Source: Candidatus Woesebacteria bacterium RIFCSPLOWO2_01_FULL_44_24b (GTDB lineage: Bacteria > Patescibacteriota > Microgenomatia > UBA8517). Taken from it: a stretch of 64,000 nt of DNA. Position 1 is the first letter of the stretch; the number at the start of each line of letters is the position of its first letter. A model generated the notes under the pieces. That model was not told where the DNA came from. It saw nothing but the letters and a program-made list of their open reading frames with translations, and did not search any database. Positions 32,141 through 41,962 of this stretch are shown piece after piece. Location: positions 34,467-98,466 of the forward strand of contig MGHM01000004.1 in the NCBI GenBank assembly GCA_001793235.1, written 5' to 3'. Position numbers and translations under genes: made by a program.

Positions 32141-33551
32141 GAATATTTACCCCCTGGCTCCAATCTATTTGTTTATATTTTTCCAAGATTCTTTTAACTT
32201 CCACCTTTAGCTTATCGTACTGCTCTTGCGTTCTTCCTTCAAACTTTATAGTTATATATGGTCCGTTCTGGCTTGCACGAATTATAAGCATCTCGTCTTT
32301 TGAGTCCGCACGAAAGCCGTCGATGTCAGTATATTCTGCGTCCGGGAAAAGGGCTTTAACATCCTTCGAAATCTCTTCGTCTATAAGTTTAAATTTAATA
32401 TCGTCTGCCAAACCTAATTTTATTTCAGGACTTGATACATATTTTGGAAGCTCGTCTACTGCCTGCTTCAAAGTTTTGCCAGTTCGCTTTAAATACTGCA
32501 ATAGTCTTAATGTCCCAAAAGCGCCATCATCATGACCATAAAAATTGTCCATAAAAAAGAAATGCCCGGACAATTCACCACCAAATGGTGCTCTTTCTTC
32601 TTTAACTTTGGCTTTAATAAAACTGTGGCCGGTCAGCCACAAAACCGGCTTACCTCCCGCTTCGGTAATTGCATCAGACGCGGTTTTGGAACAAAGTGCA
32701 TTAAAAATAATTAGGCTGCCGGGCAAATAATGGAGGATATCTTTAGCAAACAAAGCCACAAGCACATCATTCCAGATTGGGTTACCCTCACCGTCCACAA
32801 AACCAACTCTGTCTCCGTCTGAGTCATATGCAAGGCCCAAATTGGCTTTTTCTTTTTTTACTCTTTCAGCTAAACGCTCCAAAACATCTTTTTCTGTTGG
32901 GTCTGGGGTTCCCAACGGGAAGGATGGATCTAATTCGGTATTTTGCTCGACTACATCACATCCAGCTTCTCTCAAAATTTCGGGCAAAAATTTACCAGTC
33001 GTGGCATTCAAGGAATCTACCACCACTTTAAGTCCCGAATCATGTATCCTTGCCCTCTTAAACAAATCTGCTTTGTATGCAGGAAACACATCATCCTCGC
33101 GATAATTTCCTTTCACCCCCCAGGTTTTAAATTCTCCTGACTCTACCAACACTTTTAATTCTTGAATTTCTTTGGTAATTAGAGTGTCAGAAAACCCAAC
33201 ACCGAGCTTGAGTCCATTAAATTCCTTCGGATTGTGTGAAGCGGTCACAATTGCTCCACCCTTGGAAAGATAATGGTATTGTGCAAAATACATAATTTGG
33301 GTAAGCGTTAAGCCAATATCTATAACGTCTATTCCTGATTCCAAAAGAGCGCTCACGAATGCCTTTTGGTAGACAGGAGAAGTCTCCCGAATATCCCGGC
33401 CAACTACACACTCCCTAATTTGTCTGCCATATAAAAATGTCGCGTAAGCTTTTCCTATTGTGTAATAAACATCTTCGTTTAATTGCTCACCGACGAGGCC
33501 TCGAATGTCGTAGCCTCGAAATATTGAGGGGTCGATTTTCGGTTCACTCAT
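32127..33551 (-). CDS. Phosphomannomutase/phosphoglucomutase
   Basis: FRGYDIRG, TASHNP, DSDGDR, GELSGH. Confidence 0.95.
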   Translation of the reverse strand: MSEPKIDPSIFRGYDIRGLVGEQLNEDVYYTIGKAYATFLYGRQIRECVVGRDIRETSPVYQKAFVSALLESGIDVIDIGLTLTQIMYFAQYHYLSKGGAIVTASHNPKEFNGLKLGVGFSDTLITKEIQELKVLVESGEFKTWGVKGNYREDDVFPAYKADLFKRARIHDSGLKVVVDSLNATTGKFLPEILREAGCDVVEQNTELDPSFPLGTPDPTEKDVLERLAERVKKEKANLGLAYDSDGDRVGFVDGEGNPIWNDVLVALFAKDILHYLPGSLIIFNALCSKTASDAITEAGGKPVLWLTGHSFIKAKVKEERAPFGGELSGHFFFMDNFYGHDDGAFGTLRLLQYLKRTGKTLKQAVDELPKYVSSPEIKLGLADDIKFKLIDEEISKDVKALFPDAEYTDIDGFRADSKDEMLIIRASQNGPYITIKFEGRTQEQYDKLKVEVKRILEKYKQIDWSQGVNIHGFE

Positions 33552-34219
33552 ACCAGTTTTTCGATAATTAACATTTCAAGCATTAATTTTGTGTCCGTGT
33601 CGCTGGTTTTACTTTTATAATCAAGCTCAGCCAGTGAATCAATTGTATCGACAAGTCCAGCTTTTGTAAACTTACGGACTTGGCTTTCAAGTTTTGCCTG
33701 CCTCCAACTTGAGGCACTCATGCCTTTGGCCCCGTTCACTACCCAATACAAATCACGAAGTTGACGGGCTAACATTGCAACCACAAATTCTACAGCCTCT
33801 GTCGCAATCACTTTTTCAAAAAGTACTAAACTTTTTTTACTGTTACCCGGGTAAAAAGAGTCCACAAACTGCCAGACTAGTACAGGCAAATCAAAAGTCT
33901 CATACTTAGCGGTCTTGGGTAGTGCGTTTCTAAATAATGTCGGCACCTTCCCTTCGACAAAAACAAGAAGACTGCCTTCGTATTTGTCTGCGTTTTTAGA
34001 TAACCACTTCAATTCCTCCGATTTTAGTTTCTTAATGCCATCTATCGAGTATAAAATATCAGTTGTGAAAAGGTTTGTGGAAACCAACTGTTCAGGCAGC
34101 GGTTTAGCAACCTGAATGGGAACCACATCCCAATTTTTTTTCTTCACCCCAGCAATTATCTGTGTATATCTGGCACGAGCTCGGGCAGTGTCGTCCCCTT
34201 GTAGTACAACTATCTTCAT
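33548..34219 (-). CDS. holA: DNA polymerase III delta subunit-like protein (short form)
   Basis: C-terminal MLARQLR..L.....L.ELDYKSKT..D....LE.LI pattern. Confidence 0.65.
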   Translation of the reverse strand: MKIVVLQGDDTARARARYTQIIAGVKKKNWDVVPIQVAKPLPEQLVSTNLFTTDILYSIDGIKKLKSEELKWLSKNADKYEGSLLVFVEGKVPTLFRNALPKTAKYETFDLPVLVWQFVDSFYPGNSKKSLVLFEKVIATEAVEFVVAMLARQLRDLYWVVNGAKGMSASSWRQAKLESQVRKFTKAGLVDTIDSLAELDYKSKTSDTDTKLMLEMLIIEKLV

Positions 34220-34617
34220 TTTTGTTTATAAGCAGCCAGGAAGCTTCTTAATTTATCATGAAAGCTTCCCTTGTGATGCCGGGTGTGGGGAAGTAGTGCG
34301 CCTGAGAAGTTTTTCGGGATATGCGCAAGCTCATGAAAGAGGACTTCAACTTGTTTGTGTTTCGGAAGCGGATCGAATTTTTCAGAGATTACCTCAATAC
34401 AATAGCTTGCAGGTATGCCAAGAGTTTCCTGCCAAATCCTGCCCATGCCCCAGATCCTTGCATATGCCCTTGCAGTCGAATAGGTGGAGCGCACACAATA
34501 AACCTTGTCCAAGTCAATCCAGTTTAAGTCAACGCTTTTAACTAAATTTGTCAATTCTTTCTTTACGTCCTCGGCTTTTTCCCAGGAGACAGGTTTGTAG
34601 GCTCGTCTACGGCGCAT
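34216..34617 (-). CDS. Putative zinc metallopeptidase
   Basis: RAYARIWG and VLFHELAHIP (HExxH). Confidence 0.8.
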   Translation of the reverse strand: MRRRRAYKPVSWEKAEDVKKELTNLVKSVDLNWIDLDKVYCVRSTYSTARAYARIWGMGRIWQETLGIPASYCIEVISEKFDPLPKHKQVEVLFHELAHIPKNFSGALLPHTRHHKGSFHDKLRSFLAAYKQK

Positions 34618-35104
34618 GGTACGTCATTTTAACATGGCAATAAGCCACAGCAAGCGCGTCCGCGGCATTGTCAAAGTGAGTTTTCTTTTTGGCTTGACTT
34701 CTTATTGATGCGCCGAAAATTGAGCGCAAAGCTTGCTGCATCTGCTTTTTGTCAGAGCGACCATTGCCGGAAACAACCTTTTTTATAGTTCCCGGTGCGT
34801 ACTCAACTATTGGAAGCTTAAAATCCGCCGCTGCCAAAAACATCACTCCCTGAGCCTGCCCTACGGCTATTGCAGTTTTTGCGTTCGCCGCAAAAAAGAC
34901 TTTCTCAATTGCCATAACATCGGGCTCGCCACTCCGTATAATTTCCCGTACATGGTCATAAATCATACTCAGCCGCTCAGCGTGGGTGAAGCTTTTTTTG
35001 GTCTCAATAAGATCAAACTCAAGAGGTATAAGGCCGCGGCCGTTGGCCTCAAGTAATGAGTAGCCAGTAGTGGCAGTTCCCGGGTCAATTCCAAGGACAA
35101 TCAT
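34607..35104 (-). CDS. ruvC: Holliday junction resolvase RuvC
   Basis: LGIDPG, AIEKVFF..N, KKVVSGNG.SDK, DNAADALAVA. Confidence 0.95.
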   Translation of the reverse strand: MIVLGIDPGTATTGYSLLEANGRGLIPLEFDLIETKKSFTHAERLSMIYDHVREIIRSGEPDVMAIEKVFFAANAKTAIAVGQAQGVMFLAAADFKLPIVEYAPGTIKKVVSGNGRSDKKQMQQALRSIFGASIRSQAKKKTHFDNAADALAVAYCHVKMTYHAP

Positions 35105-35146
35105 GCTACATTCATCTTAGATGAAATCCTAAAAGAAGCAAGTTTG

Positions 35147-35476
35147 TTAGTTTTCTTTTATACTCACTTGATTTGTGAAAAGTATCACGTCCCCCTCAAG
35201 CATAATGACTGCATCAACCATATTTTTTGGCCTTTGTCCAAGATGTTTTTCAATAACTCCATAAATTCCAATCTCACGCTTAGACAAATTTCGAACTGAC
35301 TCTTCGTCAGTATACATCCCGCTAACCATATTTTTAACGTGTTGATATGTGTAACCCAATTTTGAAGCCACTTCTTTATTGCTATAGCCATTTATTCTCA
35401 GCTCTAAGATTGCAGCTTGAGTAGAATTGAATGGATTAATTGGAGTTACAGTAAAAAATTTACCTTTTTCTTGCAT
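35147..35476 (-). CDS. Small orphan LuxR/sigma-type HTH protein (AT-rich)
   Basis: TQAAILELRINGYSNKEVASKLGYTYQHVKN. Probable ATG at 35476, overlapping the rplS end. Confidence 0.65.
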   Translation of the reverse strand: MQEKGKFFTVTPINPFNSTQAAILELRINGYSNKEVASKLGYTYQHVKNMVSGMYTDEESVRNLSKREIGIYGVIEKHLGQRPKNMVDAVIMLEGDVILFTNQVSIKEN

Positions 35477-35921
35477 TTTTAGGGCTTCGTCTTTTATCAG
35501 AAATTCTTTTTGAAGGCTTTTTCTTAGGCTTCTTAGGCTTTGTATCTTTCGCCGATTTTTTTGCCTCTTCATGGCGCCTTGCTCGAGTATAGATTTTTTC
35601 TATTTCGCGCTTACTCTTTTTGCGGATGTAATAAAGCTTTGCTTGCCTGACCCCGCTCTTGCCACGCCTTACAACATCAACTTTTTCAACCAAAGGAGAA
35701 TAAAGCGGGAAAATCTGCTCAATTCCGATGCCAGCTTCACCCACTCTTCGAACTATAAAACTTTTGCCGTTATCTTTACCGCGAATGCCTATTACGGTGC
35801 CTTCAAAAACTTGACTGCGGCTGCCCTTTTCGTCTTGTGACTTGTTTGTCAAAAGAAGATGAACACGCACAACATCTCCAACTCCAAAAGTGGTTTCCTT
35901 ATGTACTGCTTCTATTGCCAT
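35460..35921 (-). CDS. rplS: 50S ribosomal protein L19 with a Lys-rich C-terminal tail
   Basis: GDVVRVH, QVFEGTVI, VRQAKLYYIR. ATG lies 7 nt after TATAAT. Confidence 0.93.
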   Translation of the reverse strand: MAIEAVHKETTFGVGDVVRVHLLLTNKSQDEKGSRSQVFEGTVIGIRGKDNGKSFIVRRVGEAGIGIEQIFPLYSPLVEKVDVVRRGKSGVRQAKLYYIRKKSKREIEKIYTRARRHEEAKKSAKDTKPKKPKKKPSKRISDKRRSPKNARKR

Positions 35922-35962
35922 GAGGTGTATTATACTCAAAATCCTTCAGCTAAACAACTCGT

Positions 35963-38900
35963 TTATTGCGAAGCAACAAACTTGTTTATTGTGCTAGAGA
36001 GTTTTTCTTCCCAAGCCACACCAAAAGGTACTGCAATTTTGTCTCCCGAGCTGCCTTCAAAAATCAAACTCACATGCTGCTCCCCCGGGTGAGCCTTTAA
36101 AATTGTCTTCAACTTAACCAGCTTTTGGTTATCAACTCCTTTGGGAATAGTAATAAAAAAATTACCGTTACCGTTAAGTGCCGCTTGAGTTTCAACTACA
36201 TCCACCAAAATCGATAATTGCTCATCTCTTTGATCAATTTTCCCTGTTAAAAGAACACCAGAGTATCTTGGCCAAATGTCGCGGGTCACGGCATAAAGCT
36301 TGGGGAAAATTACTACGTCAATGCTACCGGTTTCATCTTTAACTGTAACAAAAGCCATCTCAGCCGCAGACTTGCGGGTTACTACTTTTCTGAACTCCGT
36401 TACTACGCCAGCTATCTTGACCACACCGCCTTCAACCTCCTTAATATCGTCAACTCGATGGGTTCGATAAGTAATAAGCTCGCCCAAAACCTCTTCTATA
36501 GGCCGAGCTGAGAGTGAAAACCCCAAGAGCTCCTTTTCAAAGTTCTGGAGTTCATCTTCAGTAAATTCTTTGGTTCCAGAAATCTGGGCGACTTCAATAG
36601 AGTCTTCAGGCTCCACCTCGTCACCGTCAAAAAGCCCTTGCTGGCCATTGTCTACTCCTGGTTTCACTTTTTCCCTTATTTCCTCCATTACTTCCATGAC
36701 AGAAGCTCGAGGGCCAAAAGGCAACATTGCTCCAACTTTAACAAGGCTCTCGAGAACTTTTTTGTTGACGCGGCGCGAGTCCACCCGGGCAAAAAAGTCC
36801 GCTAAAGACATAAATTTACCATTATCCCGTACTTCAAGAATTGCCTCAATTGCAGCCTTGCCAACGTTTTTAATTGCCGAAAGCCCAAATCGGATTGCTT
36901 TTTTATCCAAAGATTCCTCGTCGCCCACAATTTTAAACCCTACAGCGCTTTCGTTAATGTCCGGCGGCAAGATCTTAATGCCCATTCGTCTGCACTCACT
37001 AATGGCAGAGGTAATTTTATCCGCATCTCCGCTCTCGGCGGTCATCAAAGCAGCCATATACTCAACAGCATAATTCGCCTTCATGTACGCAGTTTGGTAA
37101 GCCACTATTCCGTAACTCGCGGCATGTGCTTTGTTAAAGCCGTAGGCTTGAAAAGGCTCAAAAAGCTTCCAAAGCATTTCGGCAAAATTCTTGGTTTGAC
37201 CATTTGCAACTATCCCCGCTTCAAATTTTTCTTTTTGCGCGGCCATTTCCTCCGGAATTTTCTTTCCAACCGCTTTCCTGAATTTATCCGCTTCTTCCCA
37301 AGAGTAACCGGCCAAATCCAAAGCACAAAAAAGCAAATCGTCCTGGTAAACCAAAAGACCATAAGAGGCCCCCAAAAACTTCTCCATTCTTGGATCTAAA
37401 AATTTAACTTTGGAAGGGTTATGTTTTCGTTCAATATATTCTGGAATGGTTTGCATAGGACCAGGTCGATACAGGGCAACCATGGCCATTAGGTCTTCCA
37501 CTCGCTCCGGCTTCAGCTCTATGAGCCACTTGGTCATTCCGGAGCTGGCAAGCTGAAAGACACCCATAGTTTCACCACGCCCAAGCATTTCATAAGTCTT
37601 TCTATCATCAAGTGGAATATTCCTTAAATCCACTCTTTTGCCATGGACTTCCTCGACTATATCCACACATGAGCCTAAAATTGACAGGTTTCTAATGCCT
37701 AAAACATCAAATTTAATAAGCCCAACATCCTCGCAGGCATGCATTTCATATTGGGTAATAATTTTGTCCCCCTTGGGATCCTTTTGAATCGGTGTGAAAT
37801 CTGTTAACGTTGTAGGGGAAACAACAACACCAGCGGCATGAACAGATACGTGCCTGGCGCTCCCTTCAACTTGGTGCGCCAAGTCAAGAATTTTCTTAGT
37901 ATCAGGGTCTCTTTCATACAATGTTTTAAGCTCCGGGCTTGTGTCCAGGGCTTTAGGCACGTCAATGGGAAAACCTTGTTTCGGCGGAGGAATTAGCTTC
38001 GAAATCCGGTCCCCCACAGCATACTCATATCCTAATACCCGGGCCACATCCCGTGCTGCGGCCCGCGCGAGCATGCGCCCAAAAGTACAAATCTGGGCAA
38101 CCCTGTCATGGCCATATTTTTCACCAATATAATTAATTATTTCATCTCTTCTATTGTCAGAGACATCAAAATCGATGTCGGGTGGGCTTGGCCTGAAAGG
38201 ATTTAAAAAGCGCTCAAAAGGCAAATAATATTTTAATGGGTCAACTGTCGTTATCCCCAAAACATAAGAGACCAAAGAGCCCGCGGCCGAACCTCTGGTG
38301 TTTGTTACAATCCCCTGGGAATTTGCCCAATTGACCATATCCATCATAATTAGAAAATAGGGCGCGTATCCTTTGTCACATATGATTTTAAGCTCATGCT
38401 CAAGGCGCTCTTTTTCTTCTTTACCTGCTTTGCCAAATTTTTCCTTAAGCCTCTCGTGTGCTGTTTTTCTTAAGTATTCATCATCAGCTAAACCTTGAGG
38501 GACTTCATATTTTGGAAAAAACCATTTGCCCAAAGTGCTAATTTCAAGGTTGCATTTATTTGCAATCTTGACTGTATTTTTGATGGCCTCGGGAATGTCG
38601 GGGAAAAGCCCGGCCATTTCTTCAGGAGACTTAACGTAATACTCAGGCGTATCAATAAAGCGGATTCTTTTTGTATCAGCCACATCTTTGCCGGTTGCCA
38701 CACAAACAAGTGCATCCTGGGCATCGGCATCTTCTTTATTCAAATAATGAGCGTCATTGGTGGCAACAACGGCAATTCCAAGTTCCCCCGAAAGTTTCAT
38801 AACTCCTTCGTTTATTTTTTTTTCATAAGCTACCATTTTTTCCTGCTCCTCACGGATTTCAGCAGATATTGAAGTACTAATGTGTTCATGATACTTGTGC

Positions 38901-39433
38901 CTTTGGACCTCAAGGTAATAATCGTCACCAAACACATCCACAAACCACTGGGCCGTTTTTTTTGCGCCATCATAGTCATTCTTAATAAAATGCGAGGCGA
39001 GCTCGCCGGCGGGGCATGCAGAAGTGCAAATTAGGCCTTTGGAGTATTTTGCCAGCGCATCATTACTTATTCTTGGCCTGTAGTAGTAACCTTCCAGATG
39101 CGCAATTGAGGTAATTTTCATCAGATTTTTGTAGCCTTCTTCATTTTTAGCCAAAAGAAGTAAATGAAAATTCTGAAACCTTTCTCCCTTTTCCGGCCGG
39201 ATTTTGTGGTCCTCCCGGCAAGTGTAGGCTTCCATTCCCAGAATGGGTTTAACACCGTCTTTGTGGCACTGCTTATAAAATTCAATCGCTCCATACATTG
39301 CCCCATGGTCGGTAACGGCAACCGTATCCATGCCCATTTCTTTTATACGGGTTGTCAGCTTTTTGGTTTTAGTTAAGCCATCCAAAAGGCTGTATTCGGT
39401 GTGCAAATGAAGATGAACAAACTTACCTGCCAT
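35963..39433 (-). CDS. dnaE: DNA polymerase III alpha subunit
   Basis: HLHLHTEYSLLDG PHP domain, RGSAAGS, PDIDFD, YGFNKAH, C-terminal OB fold. Confidence 0.98.
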   Translation of the reverse strand: MAGKFVHLHLHTEYSLLDGLTKTKKLTTRIKEMGMDTVAVTDHGAMYGAIEFYKQCHKDGVKPILGMEAYTCREDHKIRPEKGERFQNFHLLLLAKNEEGYKNLMKITSIAHLEGYYYRPRISNDALAKYSKGLICTSACPAGELASHFIKNDYDGAKKTAQWFVDVFGDDYYLEVQRHKYHEHISTSISAEIREEQEKMVAYEKKINEGVMKLSGELGIAVVATNDAHYLNKEDADAQDALVCVATGKDVADTKRIRFIDTPEYYVKSPEEMAGLFPDIPEAIKNTVKIANKCNLEISTLGKWFFPKYEVPQGLADDEYLRKTAHERLKEKFGKAGKEEKERLEHELKIICDKGYAPYFLIMMDMVNWANSQGIVTNTRGSAAGSLVSYVLGITTVDPLKYYLPFERFLNPFRPSPPDIDFDVSDNRRDEIINYIGEKYGHDRVAQICTFGRMLARAAARDVARVLGYEYAVGDRISKLIPPPKQGFPIDVPKALDTSPELKTLYERDPDTKKILDLAHQVEGSARHVSVHAAGVVVSPTTLTDFTPIQKDPKGDKIITQYEMHACEDVGLIKFDVLGIRNLSILGSCVDIVEEVHGKRVDLRNIPLDDRKTYEMLGRGETMGVFQLASSGMTKWLIELKPERVEDLMAMVALYRPGPMQTIPEYIERKHNPSKVKFLDPRMEKFLGASYGLLVYQDDLLFCALDLAGYSWEEADKFRKAVGKKIPEEMAAQKEKFEAGIVANGQTKNFAEMLWKLFEPFQAYGFNKAHAASYGIVAYQTAYMKANYAVEYMAALMTAESGDADKITSAISECRRMGIKILPPDINESAVGFKIVGDEESLDKKAIRFGLSAIKNVGKAAIEAILEVRDNGKFMSLADFFARVDSRRVNKKVLESLVKVGAMLPFGPRASVMEVMEEIREKVKPGVDNGQQGLFDGDEVEPEDSIEVAQISGTKEFTEDELQNFEKELLGFSLSARPIEEVLGELITYRTHRVDDIKEVEGGVVKIAGVVTEFRKVVTRKSAAEMAFVTVKDETGSIDVVIFPKLYAVTRDIWPRYSGVLLTGKIDQRDEQLSILVDVVETQAALNGNGNFFITIPKGVDNQKLVKLKTILKAHPGEQHVSLIFEGSSGDKIAVPFGVAWEEKLSSTINKFVASQ

Positions 39434-40745
39434 GGATATATGATATCAGGGTTTCCTTAATAAGTTCTATTTTTCCTTTGCCCTTCAACTCTTTTTGGAC
39501 CATACCAATCAAGAAACCCAGGACTTGTTCCTTGCCCGCTTGGTAATCTTTTACCGCCTTGCCATTATCTAAGACAACTTTTTTAATTGCCTCTTCAACA
39601 TCGGCTTGCGAAGCATAGTCTACATTTTGTAACTCCACTAACTTTTTAACTAGACCAGCCGGCTCCGCGAACTTTCCATCGAGGTTTTGATTTACCATTA
39701 CACCCGCTATTTCTTTTTCGGAAATGTTGTACTGTTTTGCCAAAGCAAGGGCAGTCTCAAAATAATCTGCCCGAGCCCTTTCTTGCACCAGCACCTCTAT
39801 GTAGTTGGCAGATAACCCAAGCTTTTGGTATTTACCTCTTTTCTGACTTGGTAGTTCTGGAAATTTAAATTTTAAATTTTTAATTTTTAATTCGCCAATT
39901 CTAATCGGTGGAATATCCGGCTCCGGAAAATATCTATAGTCCTGAGCTTCTTCTTTGCTTCTTTGAGAAAATGTGCGGTCCCTGTCCTCATCATAACCGC
40001 GCGTTTCTTGTTTAATTTTTTTGCCATCCTCCAAGAGCTCAGCTTGCCTTTTGATTTCGGCATCTAACGCTTTAGTCAAATACCTGAAAGAATTGATATT
40101 TTTTAGCTCAACCTTATAGTCTGGTAATTCGTTTACTCTTTTACTCTCTTGCTCTTTTACTCTTAGTGAGATATTTGCCTCAAGTCTCATGGAGCCCTTT
40201 TCCATGTCGGCCGTTGAAATTCCCAGGTACCGGACAGTTAGTTGAATCTCTTTTAAGAATTTAACAACCGCATCTACACTTCTAAAGTCCGGCTCGGTAA
40301 CAAGCTCCACCAGTGGCACACCGCTTCTGTTGAAATCCACCAGTGAAACTTTCTTCCCGTTTAAATTGGTGTGAATCAGCTTTCCAGTATCCTCCTCCAT
40401 ATGGACCCTTTTAATCCGAATACTCTCATACTTACCGTTTATGCAAAACGGCAAATCATACTGACTAATCTGAAAACTCTTTGGCAAATCCGGATAAAAA
40501 TAGTGCTTGCGGTCAAACTTACTAAACTCGGAAACCTCGCAATTCAGGGCCAGGCCAAACCTTATGCAATTTTCAATCGCCAATTTATTGGCCGCGGGAA
40601 GCGCCCCGGGAAGCCCTAAACATACCGGGCACACCTGAGTATTTGGAGAAACACCAAAGTGCTCAGCCGGGCAGCCACAAAACATTTTTGATTTGGTCGA
40701 GAGTTCAATATGGACCTCAAGCCCAATTATTGGTTCAAAGTTCAT
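39423..40745 (-). CDS. gatB: Asp/Glu-tRNA amidotransferase subunit B
   Basis: IGLEVHIEL, FDRKHYFYPDLPK, DYRYFPEPD. Confidence 0.97.
   Translation of the reverse strand: MNFEPIIGLEVHIELSTKSKMFCGCPAEHFGVSPNTQVCPVCLGLPGALPAANKLAIENCIRFGLALNCEVSEFSKFDRKHYFYPDLPKSFQISQYDLPFCINGKYESIRIKRVHMEEDTGKLIHTNLNGKKVSLVDFNRSGVPLVELVTEPDFRSVDAVVKFLKEIQLTVRYLGISTADMEKGSMRLEANISLRVKEQESKRVNELPDYKVELKNINSFRYLTKALDAEIKRQAELLEDGKKIKQETRGYDEDRDRTFSQRSKEEAQDYRYFPEPDIPPIRIGELKIKNLKFKFPELPSQKRGKYQKLGLSANYIEVLVQERARADYFETALALAKQYNISEKEIAGVMVNQNLDGKFAEPAGLVKKLVELQNVDYASQADVEEAIKKVVLDNGKAVKDYQAGKEQVLGFLIGMVQKELKGKGKIELIKETLISYIHGR
39861..39893. repeat. Degenerate 7-bp tandem array inside gatB (ELKIKNLKFK)
   Basis: AAATTT AAATTTT AAATTTT TAATTTT TAATTC. 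Confidence 0.6.
40133..40164. repeat. 4 x 8-bp tandem array inside gatB (RVKEQESKRV)
   Basis: TTACTCTT TTACTCTC TTGCTCTT TTACTCTT. Confidence 0.8.
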
Positions 40746-41962
40746 AATTTTCTACTTACAAAAAAAGCTATTAATCCAACAACTCCCAGCATTGTCATCG
40801 TGAGTGCCACTCCAAAAACTTCTGTAATAGTAGCGGAAAATATAACAGGCAACACTGTCGCCGCAGTTGTAATAAACCAAATGCTCCCGAAGACGCGCCC
40901 TAATTTATCTTTGGGTGTTGCAAGCTGCAAGTGAGTAAGCGTGGGAATAAGACTTCCAACGTAAGAAGCACCGGCTATAAAAAAACATACCACTGAAAGC
41001 GTTCTGCCTAACCAAAAGGGGAGTATTGGGGCAACTACACCAAGCAAAACCAATACCAAAGATAAACTGAAAAGTGAAATTTCAATAACCCGCCTTCGGG
41101 GAAACCCATGAGATATCGCTTTGGAAACAACCATCGTGGCAATCAAAGCCCCGACTGCACCGGGAAATACGATGGTTATCCCGGCAAGGCTTGGGCGCAC
41201 TCGTACAATATTTTCAGCTAAAGCGGGAATTGTTACCAAGACAACTGATAGCGCAACCTGAAGGCCAATTAGAATAAAGAAAGGCAAAAACACCCTTCGC
41301 GTATCCTTGATAAACTGATAGCCCTCCAAAAGTTCTTGGAAAAACTTGACGATGCCTCCTGCGAAATCACGCGGGATGTGCTCGAGAGGGGGAAGCTTCG
41401 GGAGTAAACTAACCGAGCTTACGGCAACAAGAAGTAAAAGAGAGCTTAACACCAAACTGCTTCTAAGCCCTAAATATTCATAGGAAATACCCGCTAATAG
41501 GAACCCGAAAGCAAGGGATAATTGGACCGTCACAAAAAACAGGCTATTTGCAAAGGGTAAGATTTTCTTCTTAACCAGAATTGGGATGGACGCAGCCTCG
41601 GCAGGAATATAAAACTGGTTCGCAAGCGAATAAATAAAAACTATCCCATAAGCTAAGTAAATAAACCTGGAATATAAAAGCGAATAAACCGATATAATTA
41701 CAGCTTGAAGCAGAAGAGTTACCACGAGTGCCCGTCTTTTATCCACCAAATCTGCGGTAACTGAGGCAATTGGGCCAAAAATTATGGCAGGGAGCGCGTA
41801 TGCCAGCCAGACCAGAGAAGTCGCGATTGTCGAACCGGTTTTCTCAAACAGATAAATGAGCATCAAGAAACTCAAAGTGTTTACTACAACCTGGGAAATA
41901 ATCTGTGAAACCCAAAGATGTGTGAATTTACGGTTACCTAAAAGTGTTACTATTTCTTTCAT
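40742..41962 (-). CDS. MFS transporter
   Basis: About 12 TM helices, ADLVDKRR loop, QLATPKDKLGRVFG. Confidence 0.9.
   Translation of the reverse strand: MKEIVTLLGNRKFTHLWVSQIISQVVVNTLSFLMLIYLFEKTGSTIATSLVWLAYALPAIIFGPIASVTADLVDKRRALVVTLLLQAVIISVYSLLYSRFIYLAYGIVFIYSLANQFYIPAEAASIPILVKKKILPFANSLFFVTVQLSLAFGFLLAGISYEYLGLRSSLVLSSLLLLVAVSSVSLLPKLPPLEHIPRDFAGGIVKFFQELLEGYQFIKDTRRVFLPFFILIGLQVALSVVLVTIPALAENIVRVRPSLAGITIVFPGAVGALIATMVVSKAISHGFPRRRVIEISLFSLSLVLVLLGVVAPILPFWLGRTLSVVCFFIAGASYVGSLIPTLTHLQLATPKDKLGRVFGSIWFITTAATVLPVIFSATITEVFGVALTMTMLGVVGLIAFFVSRKL

Noticed and set aside
39192-39201. TCCGGCCGGA palindrome in dnaE
   Set aside because: Only 10 bp and explainable by ordinary codons.
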